From assembly GCA_030704615.1 (NCBI GenBank), contig CM060733.1, positions 9,920,001-9,984,000 of the forward strand: a stretch of DNA of 64,000 bases, given 5' to 3'. Shown in pieces: positions 1 to 13,654 of this stretch. The notes beneath the pieces were generated by a model. It did no database searches and was not told where the DNA came from. It was given only the letters and a program-made list of their open reading frames with translations. A program made the position numbers and the translations under genes. Each line of letters begins with the position of its first letter. The first letter of the stretch is position 1. The DNA is from Takakia lepidozioides. Lineage: Eukaryota > Plantae > Bryophyta.

Positions 1-976
1 AGCGTGGAGCCACTTTCCTATCACCGGCCTGACATCAGTGAAGTTGCCAAAGAGATCAGTGAGGCGATTCAGCTTGAGACCAGTCGACGCTCAATCCATA
101 GTGAACAACATAGTAGGGCCCCAAGTCTTTCCAGCCCAACTCCCCGAGGGCTAGATCCTTCTTCCTTGGTTGATGCCGATACCCCTCTTCCCCTTGATTC
201 ATCCGATCTTAGCAGAACGTTTGAGTCATTTGTGAGGCCGTCAGCAAGATGATTTGTTCAAAAATCTCTTTCCTGCATCTCAGAGCCAGATAGCCATGCA
301 TTCAATACACACAATATTCGCCTCTGGTTGTGTTCCTAGAGCCTCAAAATTCATTCTTACACCCACAAATCTACCTAAATATTGTATGCCGAAAGCAGAT
401 CTTGGCTGACTGTCTCAGTGTGTTGCTCCCTTCGAAGTACATTCAGACAGGAGGCTGGATATCAATTGAAAGTATATGAGAACTTGGTACAGCAGCCAAA
501 GACCAGGAATTGCATTTGGTGCTACCTCCACTAATATAAGCAAATTCCAATACCAGACCAACACTAGTTTAGATAATCTATGTGGAATTTTCTTTGAAAA
601 ATATCTAATTATAAACACAGACAAATTTACAAATCAGTGTAGCAACGGCGCCCCGAGCGTGTGAGCTAGGCTCATGCTTTACCCACTAAGCATGAGTCCA
701 CATTTTTTGGTAAGTTGCTATTTGTCAAAGGGGAGGGGAGGTCTAGTATTGGCATCATGCTTTCATTAGCTGGTATGAGTATTCAAATTTTTTTGTAGGT
801 ATCACATAAGGTAAGTATGAATGATGCTTAGTATCATGCTTACTTCGATTGGCGTCCCCTCCCTCTGAATAATGCAGTACATTAAATGTTCATGACCTGA
901 TATGACTTTGATCAGGTGAGAAGTTTAGTATTCGGTATAGTTTAAAACTCAAACTGCTCAAAAAATCTGCATCAAT

Positions 977-2030
977 GGGCCAACGGCACAGGCCTAGTCA
1001 ATCAATATATGAAGCGAGACGTTTTGTTTTGTTTGTTTGTTTGTTTTTCAAGTACTTTGGGTCATTGGAAATTCGTGCAAAAATAGCAAAGTGGGCTGTC
1101 TTGGGACAATCGATATATGATGCAAGCGAGTTTGTTTGTTTGTTTGTCACGTTGAGATGTCCCAAACCGCGGGCCCCAGCCCTAGTGCTTGGTACCGTTG
1201 GAAAGCCCTCGACGAGGAGGGGTGCACCGGCTTGGTCTCATGATTTTTGAACCTGTGGTGTGGGGGAGATGGAATTTCAAGTATTTTTGGTCGCTCAAAA
1301 AAAATAGCAAAGTGGGCTTTCTGGGACAAGGATTGGAGCCTCAACAAGAGAGATATCAAGGAAAAGGTCTCTGGTTCAAATCTGGTCGTAGGCTCTGTGG
1401 AAAAAAAAGATTAGACTTAGATGACTTAGATGACATTGGACACTTAGGCCTCTACGTGAGAGATGCACTTGGATACATGAATAGAAGATGGCACTGGGGC
1501 TTAGATGGGCCTCTACATAGGAGACGCACTTGGATACATATGGGTTTGCATTTGGACTTAGATGACAGTGCACACTTGGGCCAACGGCACAAGCTACCCT
1601 AGTCTATATATGAAGTGAGGCATTTGTTTTGTTTTGTTTTGTTTTGTAGCGTCGGTGAGACCTCCCAAACCGCGGGCCCAGCCCCGGTGGTGGCGTTGGA
1701 AAGCCCTCGATGACTCAATGAGGAGGGGTGCACGGGGTTGGTCTCATGTATTTGGACTTGCGGAATGGGAGATATGGAATTTCAAATACTTTTGGTCGCT
1801 GGAAATTCCCAAAAATAGCAAAGTGGGATTTCCTGGAACAATGATTGGAGCCTCGACGGGAGATACATTGATATATTAGTACTTAATAAATTCATGGAAA
1901 AGAATAAATGGGGCCTTGACATGGGAGACATACTTGGATACATAGGAGATTTTAAATGACATTGGACATTTGGGCCTCTAAATGGGAGATGCACTTGGAT
2001 ACATGAATAGAAGATTGCAATGCAAGCAAT
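977..2030 (+). mobile_element. Head-to-tail non-autonomous Helitron-like repeat units
   Basis: Units start TC(A/G/T)ATATATGA at 1002, 1110 and 1603. They end GGGCCAACGGCACA...CTAG at 994-997 and 1599-1602. The CTAG|TC junction at 1602/1603 matches Helitron termini. Unit bodies (1140-1560 and 1620-2030) are mutually similar. Confidence 0.6.
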
Positions 2031-2391
2031 TAAATTATTAAACCAACTCCTCAAAACCTCACTTGCATCAATCCTCTCCATCGCTTATCCCAAATTGCAC
2101 TATGAAAAATCTACCCTAACCACGCACTCATATTAGTCCCTAAACCCAAAAGCACGCATGGCTTGGTAGCAACACGGGTAGGCTCTGCACATTACTTCTC
2201 TAGTACGGGCTGGGGCACTTCCAGGCTTAGGGCATATTACAGAGGGGCACCCAATCCTAAAGCCTGGTATTGCTATATTTCACACCAGTAGGGTCGGATC
2301 TTTGATGCCCATGCTTAGATTCAAGTTTATACCCGCCTTAAACCCATAGACCAGACCAACACTGATCTAAAGCATGGGAATTCACTTTTTA

Positions 2392-2542
2392 TTGGCTCTG
2401 TCCCGCAAGGGATAGAGCCATTGTGGAGACATCTTGCCTAGGGGGAGAAATAGGCTTATCCATTAAGCCTAGTTTATGGAGGCTTGATGGGCATGATTCA
2501 TGAAGCCGTGGAAAAAGTATGAAACAACAACCCCAAAATCAC
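2392..2542 (+). repeat. Dispersed ~150-bp repeat, single unit
   Basis: TTGGCTCTGTCC.GCAAGGGATAGAG...TTATCCATTAAGCCTAG...AACAACAACC.CAAAATCAC recurs, internally multimerised, at 61076-61550. Confidence 0.8.
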
Positions 2543-2589
2543 TTAAGGAGTGTCCTAGTCTCGGCCAGTGTTGAGCGTTTATTTGATTT

Positions 2590-3300
2590 TTTTTAATATC
2601 AGCCGGTTAGGCAAATGGCTCCCTAGATTCCTAGGTCCTGAGGGGGGCTGGTGGAAACTATTGATTGAGGACAATATAGCATTCGGCTCCCCACTGTTTT
2701 CTACACACTGGAGGAAATCCACAAGATGGATAACTCAGGGCTTCAACCATAAATCGGTTGGCTCCCCCCTCTGGAAATCTATCTGGAAAGCTTGGAAAAG
2801 ATTCAGACCTTTTCTTCTTAAATCTGAGCCAACCACTTACCAGGAAACAATGAGGCAGCATTTTTTTCTAAACTCTTCTAGACCATCTCCATATGAGAGA
2901 GGCCAAGCAACACGTTGGGAAACGAGAGGTTTCTCCCAGATAGCACACTTGTGGAGAAGCACCCCGGACTCCCTCAGTATTGGCGCTAGGGCAAAACAGG
3001 CTCACAGCAGGTATTCAAAACATCATCTGTAGTATCCCGGATCAGTGGAAGCTCAATCTGAGAGAGGGCAAAGAGATTCACAAAGAACATCAATGGGTTC
3101 AAGCCATCAACAAACCCTTCTCTGTTTTATACATCACATGAGCCACGGAGAATTCAAATATCTATGTTGCAGCTGGCAGGTGGGATCCATTTGAGCAGTA
3201 GAATGTTCTCCCTGCATTTCCATTTCTGGATATGGTTTTAATGCAGAACCCTACTCTATATTCCTCTCCATCTTCTCCAGTCAGCCCCTGTCCCTGGAAA
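2590..3300 (+). mobile_element. Degenerate L1-type LINE ORF2 remnant (post-RT region)
   Basis: ORF 2568..3032 has KWLPRFL...WWKLLI...GSPLWKSIWKAW, typical of plant L1 ORF2 downstream of RT. Stops follow. Confidence 0.5.
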
Positions 3301-3449
3301 GGTGCCAAGCCTTGCCCATTAGAGTCTACCTCTGGTCGAGTTTGAGCAAAGAGCTGAACCCAATGGCCCCATCGGATAAAACTATCATGCATTGGATCCA
3401 TGGTAGCTCCTTCGCCTGGATAGGAAGGGTACAAATCCAGGACCTCCAA

Positions 3450-4515
3450 CTCGACTCGGGCCTGTTGGCGCAGTATGGCAGGACGTTGAAAGACGTGTTG
3501 AGGGCGGCTAATGCCACTTCCACTAAAGCAAAGTTAAAGGTGGAGCCTAAGGAACCCGGCACCTTCGAGGGCGTCCGAAATCGGAAAGCACTCAACAACT
3601 GGCTCTTGGAGTTAGAGCAGTACTTCCGGGCGGCCAAGTTGAGTGACGAGGATCAGGTGGAAGTGGCTCCCACCTATTTGAGGGGCTATGCTCAACAATG
3701 GTGGCAGAAACACCTTCATGACCAAGGTCCAAAGAAACCTTGAGCTAGAGTGGGTTCTAGGAACTTATGAAAAAACAGTTTGTGCCCCTCAACGCGTCCT
3801 AGCTCGCCCGGGACAAGATGAGGAATTTGAAGCAAACGGATGACATTCGGGGATATGTTCAGGCTTTCAATGTGCTGTTGCTCGAAGTCGCGGATATGGC
3901 AGAACCAGAAATGGTCTTCAACTTTGTGGCGGGACTGGCCCCATGGGCCAGGCGGAAGTTGGAGGAGAAGCCACCTAAGACTTTGAACGAGGCAATTGAA
4001 AGGGCTGAATGTTCCTCGGATGTCCCTAAGGGCAAAGGACAAAGCCATACGGAGCTGAACCACAAGAAGGCCCAGCGGGAGGGTGACTCCTTCCGACCGG
4101 AAAAGAAGTGGGATAGGCCACGCGGGGACAATGGCACATGGAAATCAAAGGGAGGGCCTTCACACGTCAAAGCGGCACTCGGTGCCCCGAAAAGAAAATC
4201 AGGTGCGGCGGCTTATGGCGGACAGAAGGCGACCTTCGATGGAGTGTGCTTTAATTGCGGGGAGCACGGGCACGTGGCCAAGAAGTGCGCAAAACCCCGA
4301 CAATTGAACATGACTCGGGCGACCACGGAGCTGTCCGAAGATTCCATCAGCCGCTTGGTGGAAGCGGTGGTCGCCAAGACTTGCAAAGTAGGCAACTACT
4401 CTTGTGAGTTGTATCAGGAGACTGGCACCTTGTATAAAAAGAGTCAGTTAATGTTTGTGAGTGGGATAATTTCCGGAACTAACGTGTCATTGTTGGTGGA
4501 CACAGGAGCGTCGTT
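3450..4515 (+). mobile_element. gag: Ty3/Gypsy gag, zinc knuckle and truncated protease
   Basis: Gag segments PGTFEG...WLLELEQYF...YLRGYAQQWW and ARDKMRNLKQTDDIRGYVQAF; CCHC knuckle CFNCGEHGHVAKKC; protease LLVDTGAS, where similarity stops. Stop/frameshift near 3743. Confidence 0.85.
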
Positions 4516-6660
4516 CCCAGGCAGGCTGGACCAGCAGACTTATGTGGGGTCTTTTCAGGTTCCATATCTTCGGTCTGCCTAAGCCGCAGACCGGACTGTT
4601 GGGTCTCCTGGGCGGTGTGGGCAAAAGAGGTGTTGTCGTCGAGGCTGTCTGTGAGCATGTCCAAGTTTGTCCTCTCAGATAAGGCAATATCCACTACACT
4701 GGACAGTGGACCTTGCCCTTCGAAGTCATTATTTCAGATAATGTTGTCGGTACGCTCGGCAGACCGGCGGGGCAGAACATCGGCAGACTCAGACTCACTG
4801 GAGGAACTGATGGGTATAGTCTCGGACTTTCTGGTTTGGCACGCATCGGACGGACTCCCATGTAGGCCTGCAATGCTTGCATCCCAAGCAGAGCTTGCCT
4901 TACGCGCTTCGGACGGACCCCCCTGCAGGACTGACATGTTTGCATCGCGAGCAGGCTTTGCCGCTTTCGCTCCCGCCTTTTTTTTTGCCCCATCACTGAG
5001 TTTGCGCTTGCGGGGAGGCACAGGCACTTCCTCCAGATTGGGTCGTTGCATCCTTCCAGCAGCCTGCCAGTACCGTTGGCACAATTCCTCTGTACTTCGC
5101 GGAATTAGGTTTGCGCCGTGGTTATTGAAAACAACCTCATCTTTAGCTTTGTGTGATACCGGTATGGGCTACGGCTTGAAATTTGGTGGAATGGTGTGCC
5201 CTTGTAATCTATGTCCACACAATGGCGGTTCAACTGGATTTTGTTCTTTATGGCTTCCTCACATAAAGGACACATGAGCCTATCCTTCTTCCATTCTGGG
5301 TTCTCCTCCTTGGCTACACGGAGATCAATACATGCTTCCACTATTTTGCGATCAAACTCCTTTGGGGAGTACCAATATCTTTACAGCTTCTTCAAACGCG
5401 TGACGTGCACAAACTCGATCCAGTCGGGTCCGCCCTTCGCGCAGGCTTCCTCCATCGCCTATACAACACAAAAGAGAAAGGCAAAGGGCCCAACAAAAAG
5501 GGAGAAGTGCAAAGAATGGATGAAAACAAAAAGTGCGAGAACCGGCGTGAACGAACACTACATACGAGGACAGAAAGAGAAACAAGAACCAAAACGACAA
5601 GTACACAGCAGAAGACGAGGAACGCAACGGGCTATGGGAGCAACGGTCTTGGCGACTGTTGGGGTCTAAGATGACTCTCCAGATCTGCGCGCGGAAAGAA
5701 GTCTGCGCAAGGAAGACGGACGTTGACACAAAAGCAGACCACAGCACCGGCGGGAAGGCAAAGTTGAAGTTCAAGCTGATCAGGGAGCGGAAATGCAGTA
5801 CACCCATGGCACGGCGTGGCGCGCCATGATTGACGCCGTCACCGCCGCCTTTGCATTTACTAGGTCTACCGAGTGCACAGCAGACATAGTCCAATAGACT
5901 AGACTCAGCAGACCGATCTGAGCAGACCAAGTACCCCAAACCAACACGTAATCCACTAAGCAGGTCCACCCGACTGCAGTAGGCTGACGACGAAACAGAC
6001 ATAGATACAAAATAGACAAACTGGCAGGTCGACAGACTGGCAGATCAACATGGTCATTGTTCCGTCGCCCTCTATAACAAGTTGCAGGCAGACTAGACTG
6101 ACGATGCGACAGAGATTGGCAGGTCAACAGACTGGCAGACGGAAGGGTGTACAGCCAAATTTTGACGCGGCACCATGGTTTCACGGTTTCTCACAACAAA
6201 CCAGCGTACACAGATGCCAAAAGACCATTGTCAGGACAGACTAACATCGTAGCAGACTCACGAACATATTCCAGGCCGATGTGAGGACACAGCCTCCCGA
6301 AGAGGCTCCGATTACTACACCAACGAAGCAAGACTAACGAAACAACAGACATATGGGTATCCAGGCCGACAACTATTAATTGGCTGTCGAACCCGACTTT
6401 TTTACAAAGGGTCCCATACTGCAGATGTGAGATAGTTCAGGAGTCTCAGGCTAACACAGCCCAGCAGACACAATTGACAGACTGACGATAACTCTGTCCA
6501 AGATACACGATAACAGTTCATGGCTGGATATGGAATCTGTAATGTTTTTACACGCCCTCATCGTGTGCATATGCTCTGGCGATTTTCGCTATCATCTTGC
6601 CCATGATTACCTTTCCAGACTGAGGAGGTAATTTGACGGACGGATGTGGCTACCTCAACA
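4516..6660 (-). other. Unclassified repeat-like segment with a fragmented minus-strand ORF, possibly the 5' part of another LTR element
   Basis: Broken ORFs 5105..5341 and 4734..5084 with a CPLC..H-like motif; CAGAC-rich tract 5880-6500. No recognisable domain. Confidence 0.25.
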
Positions 6661-7049
6661 TGAATAATTATAAAATTGAACGACGTCATATCCCAAATGT
6701 AAACTAAGGTCGTATTTAGGCAGGCTTGTAATCAGTCCGCCCATTGGAATAAACCCTAACAACACATTGGCCATTTTGCGATGACGGACAGAGGCCAAAC
6801 CAAGTGGGCAAAACGCATTACATATACAATGAAATCCCAAAAACGGCCCCGCCAGCAACAAAAAAATGACGAAAATAGTGGAAGCATATGCACGATGGTG
6901 GCTGTAGGGCTCTGACTCCTCTCCTGCCCTTCCACATCATGACAAAATGTCACGAAAACACAAAGACACGAACATTGTGCGAGGCAACGTCTACCACGAG
7001 GCACGCACCGCAGTTTCGTACAACAAAGACCGACATCCTGATGGCAGTG

Positions 7050-7405
7050 GCGAGATATGGCCCTAAATTGGAGGGTTGCGATGGGATTCGTCCTGGACGG
7101 CCCAGATCTTGCGGGCGAGCGGACTAGCAAGAGCAGACCTGCCGCAGCGGACTAGCCCCAGTGGATCCGCCCCAGCGGACTAGCCGCAACGGAGCGGCCA
7201 GTGGACGGACCCAGGGCGGGCAACTGCGGCTAGGGCAACCGTGGCAGCAAGGGCGGGCGTGGGCGACCGCTGGCAGCGGCGGGCGGGTGGGCGCGGGTGG
7301 GGGAGCGCCCCTCGTCCGGACGACGGGCCCACCGTCCTTCTTGCACGCTTGCATTCATGACCATATTATTGTAAAATGTGAGGCCATTAATAATTGGCTT
7401 CAAAA
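7050..7405 (-). repeat. GC-rich terminal repeat, inverted copy of 26985-27345
   Basis: About 350 bp of clear reverse-complement similarity; ORFs 7124..7354(-) and 27034..27240(+) begin nearly identically (MQACKKDGGPVVRTRGAPPP versus MQACEKDGGPVVRTRGAPPP). Confidence 0.85.
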
Positions 7406-8529
7406 ATTAGAAACAAATATATAAAAGAGATATGGAATTATTGCGTTTTGATGATGGCAGCGATGCTGGTGGGCTTTTTGATGTTGATAACGGCTTAGAG
7501 CATCCCCACGGGGCCTGTCAAGTTATTTTACCACTAGTGTGAAACTAGCTAGGAAATAGCTAGCTTTTACATATTGACATTTGGGATTGGTCCAAGTGTC
7601 AATCCAGGGGTCAAGGCAGATTTAGGCCCTGGAGTGGTTATCTTCACGGCAAGCGCGGGAGGCTCATCTTTCTCGAGTTGAGCCTCACCGCACCTAGCTA
7701 TGGCGCCGTAGTGTGGATTCCCCATGGGGGGTGCACTTGGCTTGACTTGACTTGTATTTGAGTGATGAGGTTATATATGCATGAGTTTATGCTTCAGATT
7801 TGTGAGCTCGTGCTTGTATTCTTCTTCTTTATCACTTGAGAAAGATCAGCTCATATCTGTGAGTGCCAGATACGAGTTAGTTGTAGCACTTGTGGTTTTT
7901 GCTTGAGAATGAGAGAAACCAGGTTGTTATGCAAGGAGCACCGTGGAGCTCTTGGTTGTTAGAAGCGGAGGCGATGTGGGTTACGAGGTGGTAGACCTTG
8001 GCATTCGATCTTCAGCTTCAGAGATGAAAGCACCATACTGCAGGTAATTTCAGAGCACCTTGATGGTTTCAGATTGTGTACATGCATGAGCAAGCACGAT
8101 TGGGAAGAGGACCAGTCAAGAGCAGGTTATAGTGGCTTTGGTGGCAAAGCTGAGAACTGGACTTGGGAATGCGAGCTTTCATTGTGTGAAGGATTGCAAG
8201 ACCAAGCGAAAGGGCTGATTTGGCTTGGGGCAAATCAATGCACTTTGTGGAGTTTGTTGAGAGTGGGTTTCAATCTCGAGCTTCAGCATTAAGAGGGCTC
8301 TTGTCATGGCAAGAGCAGGGCTGGAACATGAGCTAAGAGGTGCGGCAAGGCCATGGAATGTGCACCTAGGGTTTCAGAGCTTGGAAGAAGAGCTCTTGCA
8401 CCACAAGAGGAGTGTCTTGTGGCTGGAAATGTAAGCCTTAGGGTTTCAGGAGCTTGGCAAAGGCTGTGGAGTGCTTAGTCTTGTCTTAGAGAGCATCAAG
8501 GAGCCAAGGAGCCAAGATAGGGGGCTGAT

Positions 8530-8890
8530 ACCTCTTGTGTGAAGAGGTTGCATGTGTGGAGCATGTATTCAGCTCATTGAAGCTTCCATCTTCAAGCTTG
8601 GAGGGCAAGCAAGGAAGAGGGAAGGGCTGACTTCCCTTATGTGAGGGCAATGCATGTGTGGAGCATGCTTTCGGCCTGTTGAAGGCTTGTACTTTCAAGT
8701 TTGGGAGTGCAAGAAAGGAAGGAAGGGGCTGGTTTCCCTGTAAGGCATGTGTGGAGCATGCTTCCAGCCCGCTGAAGCTTGTATTTTCAGGTTGGTGGGT
8801 GCAAGAAAGGAAGCAAATGGGCTGATTCTCTTGTGGTGAGAGTGGGGCATGTGTGGAGCATGCCTTCAGTCCATTGGGCTTTTGTTTTCA
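8530..8890. repeat. ~115-bp tandem repeat, about 4 diverged units
   Basis: GCATGTGTGGAGCATG recurs at about 8550, 8652, 8745 and 8847. Confidence 0.8.
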
Positions 8891-9374
8891 AGCTTTAGAG
8901 AACTAGAAGAGAAGGTAAGGGGCTGATCTGCTCTTATGTGACAGTCCGACACTTGTAGAGCGTGTTCTTAGTTGGGGTTTCAACCTCAAGCCTAGATAGA
9001 GCATGGCTCTTGAAGTGGCAGATGTAGGGGGCTGGAATAGGCTCTAAAACAGATGCTATGGCCAAGGAAAACGCTTGAATGAGTGCTCACAAGGGCTGGA
9101 AACCAGCAAGGCTTGGTTGTTTGCCATTGAGTTTAGTGGCGTGTTTGGGGAGTCTAAGTGAGAAAGAAGGCTTGGTTTGTGGCAACCATCTTCCTCATGG
9201 CTTAGGGCTACTATTGGTGGTGTGTGGGAGCCGAAAGAGCAAGAACACCTTGCTGATTTCTTCACAGCCGCCATAGCTCGGTGCAAAGAAGCCTAGAGTC
9301 CAAGAGACATAAACCCTAGCTTGGCGTGGCTAAACCCCTTGGAGAAATGGCTAAACTGCCATGAGTGGCCATGG

Positions 9375-10040
9375 ATGGGGCTGTGACAGGCTGTTCCCTA
9401 TGGCCCGTGGGGCTGTGACACGCTGTGATGGGCTGTGAGGGGCTATGACAGGCTGTGGCGGGCTGTGACAGGCTGTGCCATGTGGCCTGTGGGGCTGTGA
9501 CGGGCTATGAGGGGCTGTGACAGGCTGTGCCTGTAGCCTGTGGGGCTGTGACGGGCTATGAGGGGCTGTGACAGGCTGTGGCCTGTGGCCTGTGGGGCTG
9601 TGACGGGCTGAGACAGGCTGTGCCCAGTGGCCTGTGGGGCTGTGACGGGCTGTGAGGGGCTGTGACAGGCTATGATGGGCTGTGACATGTGGTGGGCTGT
9701 GCCCTGTGGCCTGTGGGGCTATGACGGGCTGTGACGGGCTGTGACAGGCTGTGACGGGCTGTGACAGGCTGTGGCGGGCTGTGATAGGCTGTGCCCTGTG
9801 GCCTATGGGGCTGTGAGGGGCTGTGACAGGCTGTGGCCTTTGGGGCTGTGACCCTGTGACCTTTGTAGGGCTGTGACCTATGGCCGTGGGGGCTGTGACA
9901 GGCTGTGACATGTGGCCTTTGGGGCTGTGTGGGCTGTGACAGGCTGCGGCCTGTGGGGCTGTGACCTTGTGGCCTGTGTGGGGCTGTGATGGCTGTGACC
10001 AGTGAGCTGTGTGGGCCTGTGCTGGTCTGTGGTGGCCCGT
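9375..10040. repeat. Minisatellite of (G/A)GGCTGTGAC decamers
   Basis: Dozens of GGCTGTGAC/GGCCTGTGG variants; it produces the spurious ORFs 9351..10079 etc. Confidence 0.95.
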
Positions 10041-10700
10041 GTTGACATGTGGACGGCCTGTGCTGACTCGTGGAGGCACAAGTGGATTGCCTAAGGACTG
10101 GCATGTGGTCTTGAAGGCCGAATTTTGAAGCTCGTGGAGGGCGGTTTGAGGAGTATCTTCATGATATTCCCATGGTCATGCAAGTGAGGGAAGAGAGGAG
10201 AGGAAGAGTGTTGGGATGAGGGCATGCTGGGGTTAGGCATTGCTTTAGCTTCTCTTCCTCGTAGTTTCCACCCTCTCATTAGGCCAAGACCTTTCCGTAG
10301 GTGGAGGCAAGAGTCAGTCCGGGTTTGGGCTGGGGTGTCCTTGCAGGATCAACACCGTGGAGTTGTTTTTGGTGTGGGGGAGTTGTCGTTCTGATTTCTT
10401 GTGTTTGGATCCCCTCCATACCTGCATGCCTGACTGTGCGCCATGCTAGTTTTGTGTGGGCGCTTGTTTTTATAGGTGATTGGTCCGGATTTGATCACCG
10501 GCCAGTCCTAGAGCATGCTGTCAATGGTGAGGCTGGGGTGATGACCAGCCAGACCATCATTGTTTCTCCTATGGTGAGGTTGGAGGTGATGACCAGCCAA
10601 CCATAGGAGTGTTTGCGGTGGATGCAGGTACAGGTGTAGGCTATGTTAGGAACTTAGTATTCCATACCATAAGCCGCAACAGGTTCTCTACCCGGTTACC

Positions 10701-12190
10701 TTGTGGAGAGGGGGTTATGGACATGTTCATGACCGGTTGAGTGTCAACACGAAGGTGCCACTAGTTGCTGGGGACAGTGTCGGTTTGAGCACTAGCGATA
10801 CTAGTGGGTACACGAGACGAGGTGTGCGGTTTAGGCCACCTTCACCTCCTGTGTCTTCTACGGAAGGTTCTGATTCGGATTGTGAATCAGGAGGACTCAT
10901 ACCGGCAGTGCAAGTTGTTTCCTTACCATTGTTGTGGGACACACTGGAGGAGATGTATGGAGCTACCAAGGGGCCACGAAGGTACTCTGGGGCGGTGGGC
11001 ACCATCGAGTTGGATGATTTTATCCAAGAGTTTGATAGTTGGTGTGATTTGCAGCAAATGCGCAATCCACAACTATTTACGCCTTTCATGGCATGGAAGG
11101 GGCTGTTTCAACACCTTGAGGGGCCGCCTATGGATGATTACCATGAGTTCAGGCGGGGGCATGAGGTTGAGATCAAGGAGTGGAGGATGTACTGGTCACC
11201 CGACTATGTCTCCATCACTATGGGCACTAGAGCCACGAGGGCAGTGGCTACACCTGCACCGGCAGTTTCAGCAAGCAGCAGTGGGACTAGTGGGACTGGT
11301 GGTACAGTAGCTACGACGTCCACCCAAGCCACTACCGCACCAGCACTAGTACCCGTGCCTGCCTTCAACCCTGTTGTGGAGTTCTTCAAAGAGTTGAGAG
11401 GGAACTACCAAGGGGTGAGGACAGAGAAGTTGCGGAGCTTGCAAGAGTTCCAACGGAAGCCGACCGAGAGCTTGAGGGAGGCTTTCACTCGCATGAGGCG
11501 CTTGATAAATGTAACCCAAGGGGTTATGAAAGCTCAGGCAGTCCAATTCTGGTATGGGATATTGGACAAGGAGCTGAGGAGAAGGGTGCGGGATACAACT
11601 CTCCTACAAGCGGCCCAACCCACCTTAGCAAATGTGTTTTTGCTGGCAGAGCGGATAGAGCTCAACATGGTGGAGGAACGAGTGGTCATGGTGGGATTTG
11701 CTAAGGAAACACCACGGGGTAGTGGTGCTCCTAGCCAACCACTACCTCAACGTGCTCAAGGCAACAAGGGGGCTCAGGTGAAGCTCAGGGAAGGGCAGAG
11801 AGGACCTCAGATGCAGGGGTCTCTCCCTTCATTTGCTGGCCAACAATGGGCGGATGTGGTGTGCTGGACATGTGGAGGACCCTATGTCAAGAAGGATTGC
11901 CCAGAGGGATGCAAAGGGTCGGCACATGCACAGCCTGCATAGTTGCAGTGTGGGCATTGTGGCAAGCACGGGCATGGAGAGGCCCAGTGTTATGGTTTGC
12001 ATCCTGAGTTGCGCCCAGGCCAGTTCCAAGGGAACAATGGTGGCCGGGGGCGAGGTGGAGCAGCCCAGAGATGACGAGGTGGCCAGACACGAGGTACAGG
12101 CCAAGGGCAAGCTCAACATGGCCAAGGACGCGGAGGTCAGGGTGTTGACCAAGGCATGGCCAACCGGCTTCAGCAGCTAGAGCAGAGGCT
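10701..12190 (+). pseudogene. gag: Gypsy gag with two zinc-knuckle-like motifs
   Basis: EKLRSLQEFQRKPTESLREAFTRMRRL gag core; CWTCGGPYVKKDC, then past the TAG at 11940-11942 CGHCGKHGHGEAQC in the same frame. Confidence 0.8.
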
Positions 12191-12809
12191 CGCTGCCATG
12201 GCTACAGCTCAGGTGGTACCGGCTCCAAGGCTGGATGGTCCACCTCCTGCTCCTGAGGGAGGAGATATGGGAGGCATGGGTATTCATGTGCGGAGCAGCA
12301 CTACCACTAGTGCAGGTGGAGTCTGCTGCAGCCGTGACTCGAGAAGCAGCACGAGTTCCTGAGCCACGAGGTGCAGAGGTTGAGTTGGATCCACAGCGTG
12401 GGGAGGCAAGCCATCAGGCTAGGCTTCCTTAGTCATTCACATTGGCGGAGACAGTGTTGACGCCATCCATGGCACCTAGTTCTCGCCCGACTGTTACCGA
12501 TGCGAAGGTAACTATGTCATTGGGGAGAGCTACACGGGTAGCACCACTACCTAGTGTTGCCAAGGCTACGGCAGCTAGTGTGCTGTTAGGAGCGGCCACA
12601 TCTATGTGTCAGGCTCTATTGTTCTCGGCTACCATGATTGCGACGCCGAGGGTAAGACCAGTTGAGGTGTTCAGGCTGGCAGCTACACTTTGTGAGAGTG
12701 GGGAGGTTACTTCATCTTCTGCGGAGATAGTGGGAGGTGTAGTGCCGGAGGGATCCTCGGATGTGAGGGTCAAACCACGGCGGCGCAATGGCAAGCTGCA
12801 GCTGCTAGG

Positions 12810-13300
12810 TTGATGGAGCTGCCAGCTAGGCCAGCCAATGAGCGCGCCATGGTGACACCTGGAGTTGTCATGCTAGACAACCAGGATAACATTTTCTGTT
12901 TGAGTGGACTGGCAGGCAAGAGGTACCGGCCACTGCGGGTCTTGTTGGACTCGGGAGCTCAGCCATTGATGCTGGGCAGAGTTGCTATTGCAGGCTTGGG
13001 CCTCACGGAGGCGGATATGGAGCCTTGTCATTTCCAGATACAGACGTCTCTGGGAGGATCGGAGCAGGTTCGGGGCATGACACGGCATGAGTTGGCTATC
13101 AGACTACGGCCGGATCACCCTACAGATGGCTCAGTGATGCGAGCCAAGGCCATTGTGACAGACGCGGTCTCATATGATGTCCTGGTTGGTGGGGCAGTGT
13201 TGTATCCCATGGGCTTCACCCTGGATTTTTGGGAAGAGTCAGCTTCCTATAGGCCTGCATGGCAGTCAGGCGAGGGTCGGCGTGTACAGCTCCCTGTGAC
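12810..13300 (+). pseudogene. Retrotransposon aspartic protease
   Basis: RVLLDSGAQPLML catalytic motif and YDVLVGGAVL C-terminal motif. Confidence 0.85.
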
Positions 13301-13654
13301 GTTCATAGGAGGAGTTGCGGTTGCCCAGCGAGGCAAGATGCCGACACTAGCAGCATTCACAGCGGTAGTGAGTTGGCCTGGAGAGTTGCTTGAGGGCAAC
13401 GCTCATTCAGAGGATGTGCCACCTCCGGGAGAGCAGGATGACATGTATGGTATGGCGGAGTTGCCTACCATGGTTGCTCAGACTCCATTGTGGGGCACGA
13501 GCAAGGATTTGCAGCGGGATGCTGATCGACGGATGCAACAAGCCTGGGTGGAGGCTTTTGTACCATCAGGAGATGAGGAGAGTACGGGGATTGCACCAGG
13601 ACCACCTCAGTTGTCTCCATTGGACACCACACCTATTGTGTGGCAGTATCCGGA

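Noticed and set aside
4615-5277. 220-aa plus-strand ORF as a gene
   Set aside because: No recognisable motifs; it looks like the antisense shadow of fragmented minus-strand ORFs.
9351-10104. 242-aa and overlapping ORFs as real proteins
   Set aside because: They are translations of the GGCTGTGAC minisatellite.
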